A stretch of DNA of 64,000 nucleotides from NCBI GenBank assembly GCA_026712905.1, contig JAPOPM010000077.1:1413-65412 (forward strand), in the 5' to 3' direction. Below, in pieces: positions 1-7,603 of the stretch. The notes under the pieces are model-generated. The model was not told the DNA's origin. It saw only the letters and a list, made by a program, of their open reading frames with translations, and made no database searches. Each line of letters opens with the position of its first letter. Position 1 is the first letter of the stretch. The position numbers and the translations under genes are program-made. The DNA comes from Deltaproteobacteria bacterium (GTDB taxonomy: Bacteria; Desulfobacterota; Binatia; UBA9968; JAJDTQ01).

Positions 1-232
1 GTAGGGACCCGTACTCTCCATATAGCAGGCCACCCGCTTGCCCCCGAGGGCCGCGCCCGCGGCGATGGTAATGGCCTCCTGCTCGCTGGCCGTCGCCACC
101 ATCTGTACGGTGCCGTCCTCGCGCAACAGCGGCAGGATCTGGCTCAGGCGGCTCTCCGGCAGGTAGGTGATGAAATCGATGCCGGCCGCCTTCAAGCCGT
201 GGACAATCTTCTCAGCGAGTACCGGTTCCATG
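1..232 (-). CDS. TPP-dependent decarboxylase alpha-subunit-like protein (sulfopyruvate/phosphonopyruvate decarboxylase family), N-terminal 77 aa only; the gene runs off the left edge of the window
   Basis: ATG at 232 on the minus strand. Translation MEPVLAEKIVHGLKAAGIDFITYLPESRL...GGKRVACYMESTGPY resembles a TPP-enzyme N-terminal pyrimidine-binding domain. Partial. Confidence 0.45.
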
Positions 233-252
233 CGTGACTCCTGATCCGAAGG

Positions 253-1527
253 CTATCGCGCCCAATTGCAGATGGTCGCGGCGGACAGCGCATAAATCTT
301 CGCCGCGCGCACGATCTCGTCGATGTCGATCTGTTCCGACCGGGTGGTGAAACGGCCACCGCCGAGCCCGAACTTGCAGGCGGGGATGCCCATCTCGTTG
401 TAGATGTTGGTGTCCGTCCAGATGCTGGAGCGGAAGGTGTTGGCCGGCGTGGTCTTCTCGTTGAACAGCTCCTGGTGCGTGTCTTCGATGACCTCCACGA
501 CCGGCTCGATGCCCTTGGCCTCGTAGCCCATCTTCGACGTGTACATCTCGATGTCGTACTCGTAGCCGGTGGCATCCATCACCGCGCGCAACTGGCGCTG
601 CACCTCAAGGGGCCGAAGCTCCGGCGGAATGCGCACGTCTACGTACAACGAGCAGATACCCGGGTGGTAGTTGGGCCGGTAGGGAGCGCCTCCCTGCACC
701 GAGCCGAGATTGACCTTGGGAATGATCGGGCCGTTGGCCGACTGGTACACGTGGTTGGCCTCGAACTCCTCGGCCCACGCGTCCACCGCCTGCACCACCT
801 TGGCCATCTTCAGCACGGCGTTGTGCTCCTCGGGCGGCTCCTGCTTCCGGGTAACGCCCCAGGCGGCATGGGGATTGCCGAAGGTGTCGATCTTGAACTG
901 GGCCACGCCGGACTGGGTCCAGATGATGGACAAGGCCGAACGGTCGGCCACGATGGCGTAATCGGACTGGACCCCGTAGGTCAGCAGGTGCCGGGTGCCG
1001 GTGCCTTCGCCGCGATACAATCCCGACTGGTACGGCCCGATGGGGGTGCGGGAGATCTCGCCCGCCACCGCCGCGAGGATCAGGTCCCCCTTGATGGCGA
1101 CGCCGCTCTTCTTGAGCGCCTTGCCCGCCACCATGAACGCCGCCAGACCCGACTTCATGTTGGACGCGGCCAGGCCGAACACCTTGCCGTCGCGGATGGC
1201 GCCGCGCAGTTCGCTCTGGGGCTCGAGCTCCCGGCACAGCATGAGGTCGTCCTCCTGCCCGGTGAAGCTCGTGTCCATGTGGCCGTTGATCATCAGCGAC
1301 ACGCCGCCGCCCGTGCCCTGGAGCACGCCCACCGCGTTCACGCGGTTGGGGTCGATCTCCTGGCGGATGGGCTTGAGGCCGTTGGCCCGGTACCAGTCGA
1401 GGATGAACTCACCGATCTCCTTCTCCGAGCCGGTGGGGCTCAGGATGTCCACGAGGTCGCGGGTGAGTTCGGCCAGTTCCTGGCCGTCGATGTGCTGAAG
1501 AATTCGTTCCCTGGCGTCGTTGTCCAT
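253..1527 (-). CDS. M20 family metallopeptidase / amidohydrolase (ArgE/DapE/ACY1/CPG2 superfamily)
   Basis: 424-aa ORF. Conserved M20 metal-binding blocks (GHMDT, dimerisation-domain region, C-terminal ...GGG.F.T.SE..). The surrounding antisense ORFs are GC artefacts. Confidence 0.8.
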   Translation of the reverse strand: MDNDARERILQHIDGQELAELTRDLVDILSPTGSEKEIGEFILDWYRANGLKPIRQEIDPNRVNAVGVLQGTGGGVSLMINGHMDTSFTGQEDDLMLCRELEPQSELRGAIRDGKVFGLAASNMKSGLAAFMVAGKALKKSGVAIKGDLILAAVAGEISRTPIGPYQSGLYRGEGTGTRHLLTYGVQSDYAIVADRSALSIIWTQSGVAQFKIDTFGNPHAAWGVTRKQEPPEEHNAVLKMAKVVQAVDAWAEEFEANHVYQSANGPIIPKVNLGSVQGGAPYRPNYHPGICSLYVDVRIPPELRPLEVQRQLRAVMDATGYEYDIEMYTSKMGYEAKGIEPVVEVIEDTHQELFNEKTTPANTFRSSIWTDTNIYNEMGIPACKFGLGGGRFTTRSEQIDIDEIVRAAKIYALSAATICNWAR

Positions 1528-1572
1528 GGTGTCGTGGTAGGTCGGAGTGCGTTCGATGCTCTCGATACGTTG

Positions 1573-1749
1573 TCAGCTCTTACGCTGCTTGTCGATCTTC
1601 ATGATGGGCATGACCCCGGTGACGTCGACCTTGTAGAGGTCCTGCAACAGCAGGTGGGTCTCCTCCGCCTGCTTGGCGATGGACTCGATCTCGTCCTCGG
1701 TGAGGTTGAAACCGTACTCCTTGTCGATCTCGCGAATCCGTTCCTTCAC
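1573..1749 (-). CDS. small hypothetical protein (58 aa) with faint GatC-like features
   Basis: GTG start 6 nt after a perfect GGAGGA Shine-Dalgarno. Translation MKERIREIDKEYGFNLTEDEIESIAKQAEETHLLLQDLYKVDVTGVMPIMKIDKQRKS. The LTEDEIE..A.Q....L.Y pattern weakly recalls GatC/AtzG-like small subunits (inference). Confidence 0.4.
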   Translation of the reverse strand: MKERIREIDKEYGFNLTEDEIESIAKQAEETHLLLQDLYKVDVTGVMPIMKIDKQRKS

Positions 1750-1933
1750 GGCAGTTCCTCCGATCTGCGACTGTCTGTCAGGGGATGCACGCGGGCGAGC
1801 CCATGGCTCTCGAACGGCTCGTAACACGCGGCCCCATGCGTGTCAACGCGGGCTTTCCCGGGAACGCACGGAGGGTTACCGGCTCCTGTTTCCCTGGCGG
1901 CTTTCCATCATGCGCATGGCTGCGGGTGGCCGA

Positions 1934-2242
1934 TCAAACCGTTCCGTCTTCGTCTTCGGGCAGCCGCAACAGGCGTTCACCACGCCACACTCGAACGATC
2001 CGCACGGCGTCCCGATCCCGTCGATAGATGATCCTGAATGGCGGATTCGTCAGTTCTCTGAGCGAAGCCTGCCCGAACTCGGGTACGATGCGCCCCATGT
2101 CGGGGTGATATGCCAGGCTCTCGACACGTTCCATGATCCTTCGGATCAAGCGCAAGCCCACGTCCGGAACGCCCTCGCCGGCGTACCAATCCTGGATCTC
2201 GTTCAGGTCGGCCAAGGCGGAATCGGCCAGTCGAATCTCCAC
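1934..2242 (-). CDS. parE: type II toxin, ParE/RelE family
   Basis: 102 aa with a ParE-like fold signature (..LIYRR..D.V.IVRV.HG.RL). Sits 8 nt downstream of the antitoxin gene. Confidence 0.75.
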   Translation of the reverse strand: MEIRLADSALADLNEIQDWYAGEGVPDVGLRLIRRIMERVESLAYHPDMGRIVPEFGQASLRELTNPPFRIIYRRDRDAVRIVRVWRGERLLRLPEDEDGTV

Positions 2243-2250
2243 GGGAACGA

Positions 2251-2514
2251 CTACTTGAGGCCGAGCCGGGACTTCGCTTCCGCCAACGAGACCTCGCGTC
2301 CTTCTTCGATATCCGACAACCCTTCGACAACCGCCCGCATGAAAGCGCGCTCATCGTCGGCTGCCTCGAATTCTTCGACGGACTGGACGACTGCGACGCC
2401 TCGCCCGCGACTAGTGACGAGAACGGGACGGTGAGACTCCGCGGCATGTCTCACGACGCGCCCGGGGTTGGATTTCAGGTCGGTCAGGGGAACGATGTCT
2501 TGAGAGAACTTCAC
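2251..2514 (-). CDS. type II antitoxin, Phd/YefM family
   Basis: 87 aa. Begins MKFS..VPLTDLKSNPGRVV..A.ESHRPVLVTSRGRGVAVVQSVEEFE, the classic Phd/YefM N-terminus. Tightly coupled to the ParE gene. Confidence 0.75.
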   Translation of the reverse strand: MKFSQDIVPLTDLKSNPGRVVRHAAESHRPVLVTSRGRGVAVVQSVEEFEAADDERAFMRAVVEGLSDIEEGREVSLAEAKSRLGLK

Positions 2515-2752
2515 TTGCGTCTCCTCAACTGGACCTATTGAATGTACGAATAATAGATGCGGTAGAGCGTACTGTCAACAAGCCTTCGTCCCAGGGTCCG
2601 GGGCTCCCGGCACCCCGCGGGTTATGGAAGCGTCCCCGGCGCCCCATCTCTCTCCTTGACACCCGGACCCCCGCAACCCACAATGAAAGCTGCTGCTGCG
2701 CCGCGGGGTCCGGGCTCTTCCCGGGCCGGGCCGATGCGTGCCGGCATGGATC

Positions 2753-2899
2753 ATGATCGAACTTCTTGTGACCTATCCGGGTCTTGTGTTCATCGGACTG
2801 TCGATGTTGGTGATTCTCGATACGGTGAGCGGGAACCTGCCTCCGGCGGCGCTGGTGCCGTTCGCGTTGGGCACGGTGGTGGCGGTGATCCTTTTGTGA
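2753..2899 (+). CDS. candidate small two-helix membrane protein (48 aa)
   Basis: ATG..TGA ORF below the 60-aa track cutoff: MIELLVTYPGLVFIGLSMLVILDTVSGNLPPAALVPFALGTVVAVILL. Two hydrophobic segments, in a locally AT-richer patch. No clear SD. Confidence 0.2.
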   Translation: MIELLVTYPGLVFIGLSMLVILDTVSGNLPPAALVPFALGTVVAVILL

Positions 2900-2936
2900 G
2901 ACGCCGCCGGCCGGTGCCGGGAGTGGAGCCGAGAGA

Positions 2937-3776
2937 ATGACGAAACCCTTCGCGCGGGCGTGGACGGCGGCCGGGGCGCTCTGGATGGCGGCATTGTTCT
3001 TGTCCGGGGCGGCTATGGCCCAGACCCGGCCCGCGGTCCCGGACGACCCGGCGTCACCGCTGTTGCGGCAGGGAACCATTGAGGAGCAGGATCTGACCGG
3101 CTCGGAACCGAAACCGGCACCGCCCGCCGGCGAGACCGTGTCCAAGACACCCGCCGTGACGGGAACGCCGACTTGGCCCGGGCCGGCAGCAAGAATCCCG
3201 GGCCGGGAGTCGGAGGGAGCGGCGGCGCCGCGCGCCGGCACCACGGCTCTCGCGCCGCGACGGGGGCCCGCCGTGCAGGCGCCGACCGTGCCCGCCACCG
3301 GGTCCGATGCCCCGTCGGACCGCGGCACCGGGGACTCCTACCCGCTCCCGGACCTGGCCGCGGTAGTGGGTTCCGGTGTGCCGCAGCGCGAGGCGTCGAT
3401 GAAGCTGTTGCAGCAGGGCCAGGCCCTTCTCCGGGCGGAGCGGCACGAAGCCGCGCTGGCGCGCTTCGAACAAGGCATCCGGGTGGACTCGAGCAATCCC
3501 TACAGCCATTACTTCGTTGCCCGCGCGCACTACTTCCTGGGCAACTATCGCGAGTCCCTGAACTTTCTCGAAGTTGCGGAATCGGGGCTGGCCGTGGATG
3601 ACAGGTGGCTCGCGGAGGTGTATGTCCTGCGCGCTCGCAGCGCCACCGCTCTCGGTTTCCACGCGCGCGCCGATCTCGACTACGTGCGCGCGCTGGAGAT
3701 CCAGCCGTTCCACGGCTACGCCCTGGCGCGCCTCACCACCATCGAACCCGCCGCGCGCGCGAACCGCACCCCCTGA
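2937..3776 (+). CDS. secreted TPR-repeat protein with Pro/Ala-rich linker
   Basis: N-terminal signal peptide (AAGALWMAALFLSGAAMAQ), low-complexity P/A/T region, C-terminal TPR-like helices (YFVARAHYFLGNYRESLNFLEVAE...). Confidence 0.55.
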   Translation: MTKPFARAWTAAGALWMAALFLSGAAMAQTRPAVPDDPASPLLRQGTIEEQDLTGSEPKPAPPAGETVSKTPAVTGTPTWPGPAARIPGRESEGAAAPRAGTTALAPRRGPAVQAPTVPATGSDAPSDRGTGDSYPLPDLAAVVGSGVPQREASMKLLQQGQALLRAERHEAALARFEQGIRVDSSNPYSHYFVARAHYFLGNYRESLNFLEVAESGLAVDDRWLAEVYVLRARSATALGFHARADLDYVRALEIQPFHGYALARLTTIEPAARANRTP

Positions 3777-3853
3777 CGACGCGTCATCGGGACCCGGTCC
3801 ACGGCCGGAAACTCATCTCTTGGGATAAACGATCGCGGGGGGCCCGCGTTGGA

Positions 3854-4828
3854 TCACGGCGCGACGCCGGCGGTATCCGGCAGCTCGTAGTTCAACGTCA
3901 GGCGCACGGTCACGGGGTCCCCGGCGACGCTGCCGGGCATGGGGCCGAAGGGCGCGGATTCCCGAACGTTGCGCAACGCCTCCACGTCCAGCACGATGAA
4001 ACCCGACGACCTGGACAGCTTGACGCCTTCGACCTCCCCGTTCCCGTGCACGGCAAAGACCACGTCCACCGCGCCCTGCTGCCGTGTGCGCTTGGCGTAT
4101 TCCGGGTAGCGCGCGTTGCCGCCGATCTTCCGCCGCAGCGACTCGACGTAGGCCCGCTCGCGCGGGTTGCCCGGCTCTTCCCGGGGCTCGGTCCGGATCA
4201 CGCGGACGCCCTCGACCGGTGGAAGCTCGGGCGTTTCCTCACCCCGTTGCCGCCGCCGGATCCGCTCCACGGCCTGGTCGATGAGCACCAGCCGATCCGT
4301 CTCTTCCGTCCGCGGCGGTTCCACCGGCGATGGGCCGGTCCCGTCCCCGGAGCCGGCCGCGGCCGGCGCTTCGGCCACGGGCGTGGGCGGGGTGCGCGGC
4401 TTCGTGAAGAGGCGCGACAGCATGTCGATACGATCTCGCGCCAGCTTGGCGCCGGATCGATGGCCGAGCTCGGTGTAGACGCCCAGGACGCGGTAGTAGT
4501 CCCTCAATGCCTTCAGGGGCTCACCCTTGAGCAGACGCACCTCCGCCGTATTGTGGAGCGCCAGGGCCAGGGACAGGGTGCTCCCCGCCCCCTCGGCCAG
4601 CGACACCGCCTCGTCGAGCTGGCCCAGAGCTTCCACGTAGCGTTCGGCGCGGGCATTCCCTCGCGCCTCGACGATTTTTTCGTATGCCTGCTTTTCGAGA
4701 TCGGGCGCGGCGCCGTTGCCGGGCGCCGGACCGGTCTGCGCGTGCGCAAGGGTCGCCGCGGCCAAGAGCCACGCCAGCACAAGCCCCCGGCGGCACACTC
4801 GCAGTCCGTTCAACAGATGGCCGTTCAT
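3854..4828 (-). CDS. TonB C-terminal-domain protein with TPR-like N-terminal region
   Basis: Probable start MNGHLL... with signal/anchor RRGLVLAWLLAAATLAHA. Pro-rich spacer. C-terminal TonB_C block (YPEYAKRTRQQGAVDVVFAVHGNGEVEGVKLSRSSGF..LD.EALRNV). The upstream 44 codons of the track ORF are not trusted. Confidence 0.6.
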   Translation of the reverse strand: MNGHLLNGLRVCRRGLVLAWLLAAATLAHAQTGPAPGNGAAPDLEKQAYEKIVEARGNARAERYVEALGQLDEAVSLAEGAGSTLSLALALHNTAEVRLLKGEPLKALRDYYRVLGVYTELGHRSGAKLARDRIDMLSRLFTKPRTPPTPVAEAPAAAGSGDGTGPSPVEPPRTEETDRLVLIDQAVERIRRRQRGEETPELPPVEGVRVIRTEPREEPGNPRERAYVESLRRKIGGNARYPEYAKRTRQQGAVDVVFAVHGNGEVEGVKLSRSSGFIVLDVEALRNVRESAPFGPMPGSVAGDPVTVRLTLNYELPDTAGVAP

Positions 4829-4873
4829 GTCCTCGAAGCGGCGGCCGGGACACCCGGTGCCCTGGGCCGCGCT

Positions 4874-5036
4874 AGTGTCGTGTCCCGTAAATTCCTGGCA
4901 TAATTTGCTGGTCTTTTTCGCCGTCGGCTGCGTTGCTCTTCCTCGCGTGGTGCCCGCCACTGCTCGTCATCGCGCCTTGCCGACGACGAAATATCCTGCG
5001 CAACTTATGCCAGGAATTTACGGGACACGACACTAG
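4874..5036. repeat. MITE-like element: 32-bp perfect terminal inverted repeats (CTAGTGTCGTGTCCCGTAAATTCCTGGCATAA) flanking a 99-bp AT-richer core
   Basis: Left arm 4874-4905 is the exact reverse complement of right arm 5005-5036. The proC stop TAG lies inside the right-arm CTAG. Confidence 0.7.
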
Positions 5037-5851
5037 TGCTCGCCTCTCCCCAGGGCTTCCGAACGTTCCGCCGCCTGCAGCACCGCCTCCATGACGGTGG
5101 CACGAAAAGCGCCCTGTTCCAGGGCGAAAAGGCCGGCGGCCGTGGTCCCGGCCGGCGACGTGACGGCATCGCGCAACTCGGCGAGGTGTTCCTTGGATTC
5201 CCGTGCCATGACGGCGGAGCCGTAGACGGTTTGCAGCGCCAGCTTCAGGGCGACGTCCCGGCCGAGTCCCATCTGCACGCCGCCCGCGGTGAGCGCCTCG
5301 ATGAACAGGAAGACGTAGGCGGGGCCGCTGCCGCTCAAGGCGGTCACGGCGTCGAGATGATGCTCCTCCACGGTGACCGCGAGCCCCACGCTCGAAAGGA
5401 TCTGTCCCACCCGATCGAGGTCCTCGCTCCGCGCCCAGCGGCCCCCGGCGTACGCCGAGGCGGCCTCGCCCACGAGACAGGGCGTATTGGGCATGACCCG
5501 GACCACGCGCGTGCCCTCGGGCAGAAGCCCCTCGATACGCGCCAGCGGCACTCCGGCCGCGATGGACACCACCAGCTTGCCGTCCAGCGGGGTGCCGGCC
5601 AGTTCCTGCAACACCGCGTCGATGACCTGGGGCTTGACCGCGAGAATCACGATGTCCGACGAGTTCACCAACTCGACGTTGTCCTGGAGGAACCGGACGC
5701 CTGTTTCGTCGACCAGAGCCTTCCCCAACGCCTCGATGGGATCGCTCGCGGCCAACCGGTTCCGGTCCACCAGACCGGCGCGCAGGATTCCCTGGATGAT
5801 GGCGCTGCCCATCTTGCCGGCGCCGATGAAACCGATCCTGTCCTGGAGCAT
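5033..5851 (-). CDS. proC: pyrroline-5-carboxylate reductase
   Basis: 272 aa. N-terminal Rossmann motif IGFIGAGKMGSAI plus the conserved ProC C-terminal dimerisation region (TSPAGTTAAGL). Confidence 0.9.
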   Translation of the reverse strand: MLQDRIGFIGAGKMGSAIIQGILRAGLVDRNRLAASDPIEALGKALVDETGVRFLQDNVELVNSSDIVILAVKPQVIDAVLQELAGTPLDGKLVVSIAAGVPLARIEGLLPEGTRVVRVMPNTPCLVGEAASAYAGGRWARSEDLDRVGQILSSVGLAVTVEEHHLDAVTALSGSGPAYVFLFIEALTAGGVQMGLGRDVALKLALQTVYGSAVMARESKEHLAELRDAVTSPAGTTAAGLFALEQGAFRATVMEAVLQAAERSEALGRGEH

Positions 5852-5966
5852 GGGGCCTCCTCGCGGGACCGCGCGCGTGTCACCGCAACGTTACGCTGGC
5901 CGAAACAGAACGGCGGCGGCATTCACCACGGAACGCCGCCGCCCGAAAGGCAATTCCTGAACGCGG

Positions 5967-6365
5967 CTATACGGTCTTGAGCTGCACCGTGCCCTGGGCC
6001 ACGCCGCGAATATAGCCTTCAAAGCCCTGGGGCGAGAAGGTCCACGTGATCCACAGCGGTTCATCATGGTCGTTGACGAACCCGTGGTTGGTGCGGGGCG
6101 GAATGAACACGACCGAGCCCGGGACGATCTCCGTGGTCTCGTCTCCCACGGTGGCCATCGCCCGACCGCCGAACACGAACAGTATCTCTTCGGCGTCGTC
6201 GTGGGAGTGCAGGGGAATCTCGCTGTGCGGATCGACTTGCTGGAGGCCCATGGAGAAGTGGTGCGTCCCGGTCGTGCGGGGTTCGACGCAGGGATAGAGC
6301 GTGCGCGGAGCCTCTCCCTCGATGCGCACGACCTCGGCATCCTCCTTGGAGAAGAAATACTTCAT
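5967..6365 (-). CDS. cupin-domain protein
   Basis: 132 aa with cupin motifs (H.H...E..FV..G and P....H.F.N). Confidence 0.65.
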   Translation of the reverse strand: MKYFFSKEDAEVVRIEGEAPRTLYPCVEPRTTGTHHFSMGLQQVDPHSEIPLHSHDDAEEILFVFGGRAMATVGDETTEIVPGSVVFIPPRTNHGFVNDHDEPLWITWTFSPQGFEGYIRGVAQGTVQLKTV

Positions 6366-6368
6366 GGC

Positions 6369-6794
6369 CTAGTAGCTCTCTTCCTCGGTATCGTTCGTGG
6401 TGAGGCGGCGGAACGTACGGTCGTCGTCAAAGTTCTTCATCATCCGGGATTCCCGTTCCAGCTCTTCCTGGCAGCGCACGCACAGCCGCGTGAACGGCAT
6501 CACCTTGAGCCGGCCCACCCCGATATCCTCGCCGCACTCCTCGCACTCTCCATAGGAGCCCTCGCCCAGCCGGGCCAACGCGTCTTCGATGGCCATCAGC
6601 TTGGTGCGCTCCCGGTCGTTGAGGATCATGTTGATCTCGCGGTCCCGTTCGTCACTGGCGAGATCGTAAGTGTCGCGCCCTTCGTCCTTGGTGCTTTCCA
6701 CTTCTTGTTTGAGCCGGTCGGGAAGGTCTTCCAGGAGCTGGCTCTTCATGTCGAGCAGGGTCTCCCGGAACTTCTTCAGTACGTCTTTTCTCAT
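6369..6794 (-). CDS. dksA: DksA/TraR-family C4 zinc-finger transcription factor
   Basis: Start MRKDVLKK with an AGGAGA SD. C-terminal CEECGEDIG..RL...P....CVRCQ four-Cys finger and coiled-coil N-terminus. Confidence 0.8.
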   Translation of the reverse strand: MRKDVLKKFRETLLDMKSQLLEDLPDRLKQEVESTKDEGRDTYDLASDERDREINMILNDRERTKLMAIEDALARLGEGSYGECEECGEDIGVGRLKVMPFTRLCVRCQEELERESRMMKNFDDDRTFRRLTTNDTEEESY

Positions 6795-6871
6795 GGTCGT
6801 GTCTCCTGGGAAGGGACCCAATTGACCACTATTTGAAAGCGGAGTCAACCAAATTGGGCGCCTCCGGCGAG

Positions 6872-7579
6872 TCAGGAGCCGAACTCAACGATATCGACAC
6901 CTTGCGGTATTTTCAGCCGGAATACCGAGGGATCCAGGGCGAACCCGCGGCGGATGTTCTCGAAACCGAAGGTCCACAGGTTGCCGCCCTCGTCCTCGAT
7001 GCGCACCCGGCGGATGTCGTAGCGCTCGGCGTCGGCGGTGAGGATGATCTCGCGGAGCCCGGCGTTGGCCCGCCGGGGGATCAGCCTGAGCCGGTGGCCG
7101 TCGGCGGTGCTTTCCAGCAACTCGGCGCGAAAGTCCCGTTGCAGCTTGCCGATGCCCAGCAGGAACGACAACGGCAGGTCCGATCGAAACGCCCCACCCA
7201 CGGCCGTCTTGATGACCTGGCGTTCGGCGGGTTGGTAGAAGTAGAGATGGCGCCCGTCGGAAAGGACGAACTGCCCCGCCGGCTCTTCGTAGCGCCAGAG
7301 CATCTTCCCGGGCCGGCTGAAGTAGAAGCTGCCTCTGCCCTCGATGCTCCGGTTGAGCGTGCGGTACTCGGTGGTCTGGTGGAACTCGGCGCTGTAGTCC
7401 CGCGTGGAGTCGTAGCGCCGCTGCACTTCCCGCACCACTTCCGCCGCATTCCGTGCGCCGGCTTGGGGCACAAGCGCCGCCAGGATCGCCGCGCATCCGA
7501 GCGCAACCGCCAATCCCGCCCGTCGGCTGCCCCACGGCCGCGGCAAGCGACCTCCGTCAGGGTCGAGGAGAGTCCGCAT
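6872..7579 (-). CDS. lolA: outer-membrane lipoprotein carrier protein LolA
   Basis: 235 aa with signal peptide and LolA-like beta-barrel family blocks. Conserved ftsK-lolA synteny. Confidence 0.75.
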   Translation of the reverse strand: MRTLLDPDGGRLPRPWGSRRAGLAVALGCAAILAALVPQAGARNAAEVVREVQRRYDSTRDYSAEFHQTTEYRTLNRSIEGRGSFYFSRPGKMLWRYEEPAGQFVLSDGRHLYFYQPAERQVIKTAVGGAFRSDLPLSFLLGIGKLQRDFRAELLESTADGHRLRLIPRRANAGLREIILTADAERYDIRRVRIEDEGGNLWTFGFENIRRGFALDPSVFRLKIPQGVDIVEFGS

Positions 7580-7603
7580 GTCGTCCTTTCGTAGTCTGTT
7601 CCG

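Noticed and set aside
475-1824. Long antisense or overlapping ORFs throughout the track (e.g. 475..1824+, 7557..9005-, 7937..9544+, 16737..18725-, 16934..19207+, 27787..29301-, 29275..31065+, 36995..38356-, 42377..44398+, 60862..62370+)
   Set aside because: They overlap well-supported genes on the opposite strand or another frame, and their translations are Arg/Pro/Gly/Ala-rich low-complexity sequence typical of stop-codon-poor high-GC DNA.
3854-4960. Upstream 44 codons of the TonB-domain ORF (MAGTTRGRATQPTAKK...)
   Set aside because: They extend into the MITE-like element region and precede a clear signal/anchor segment starting at MNGHLL. A later start is more plausible.
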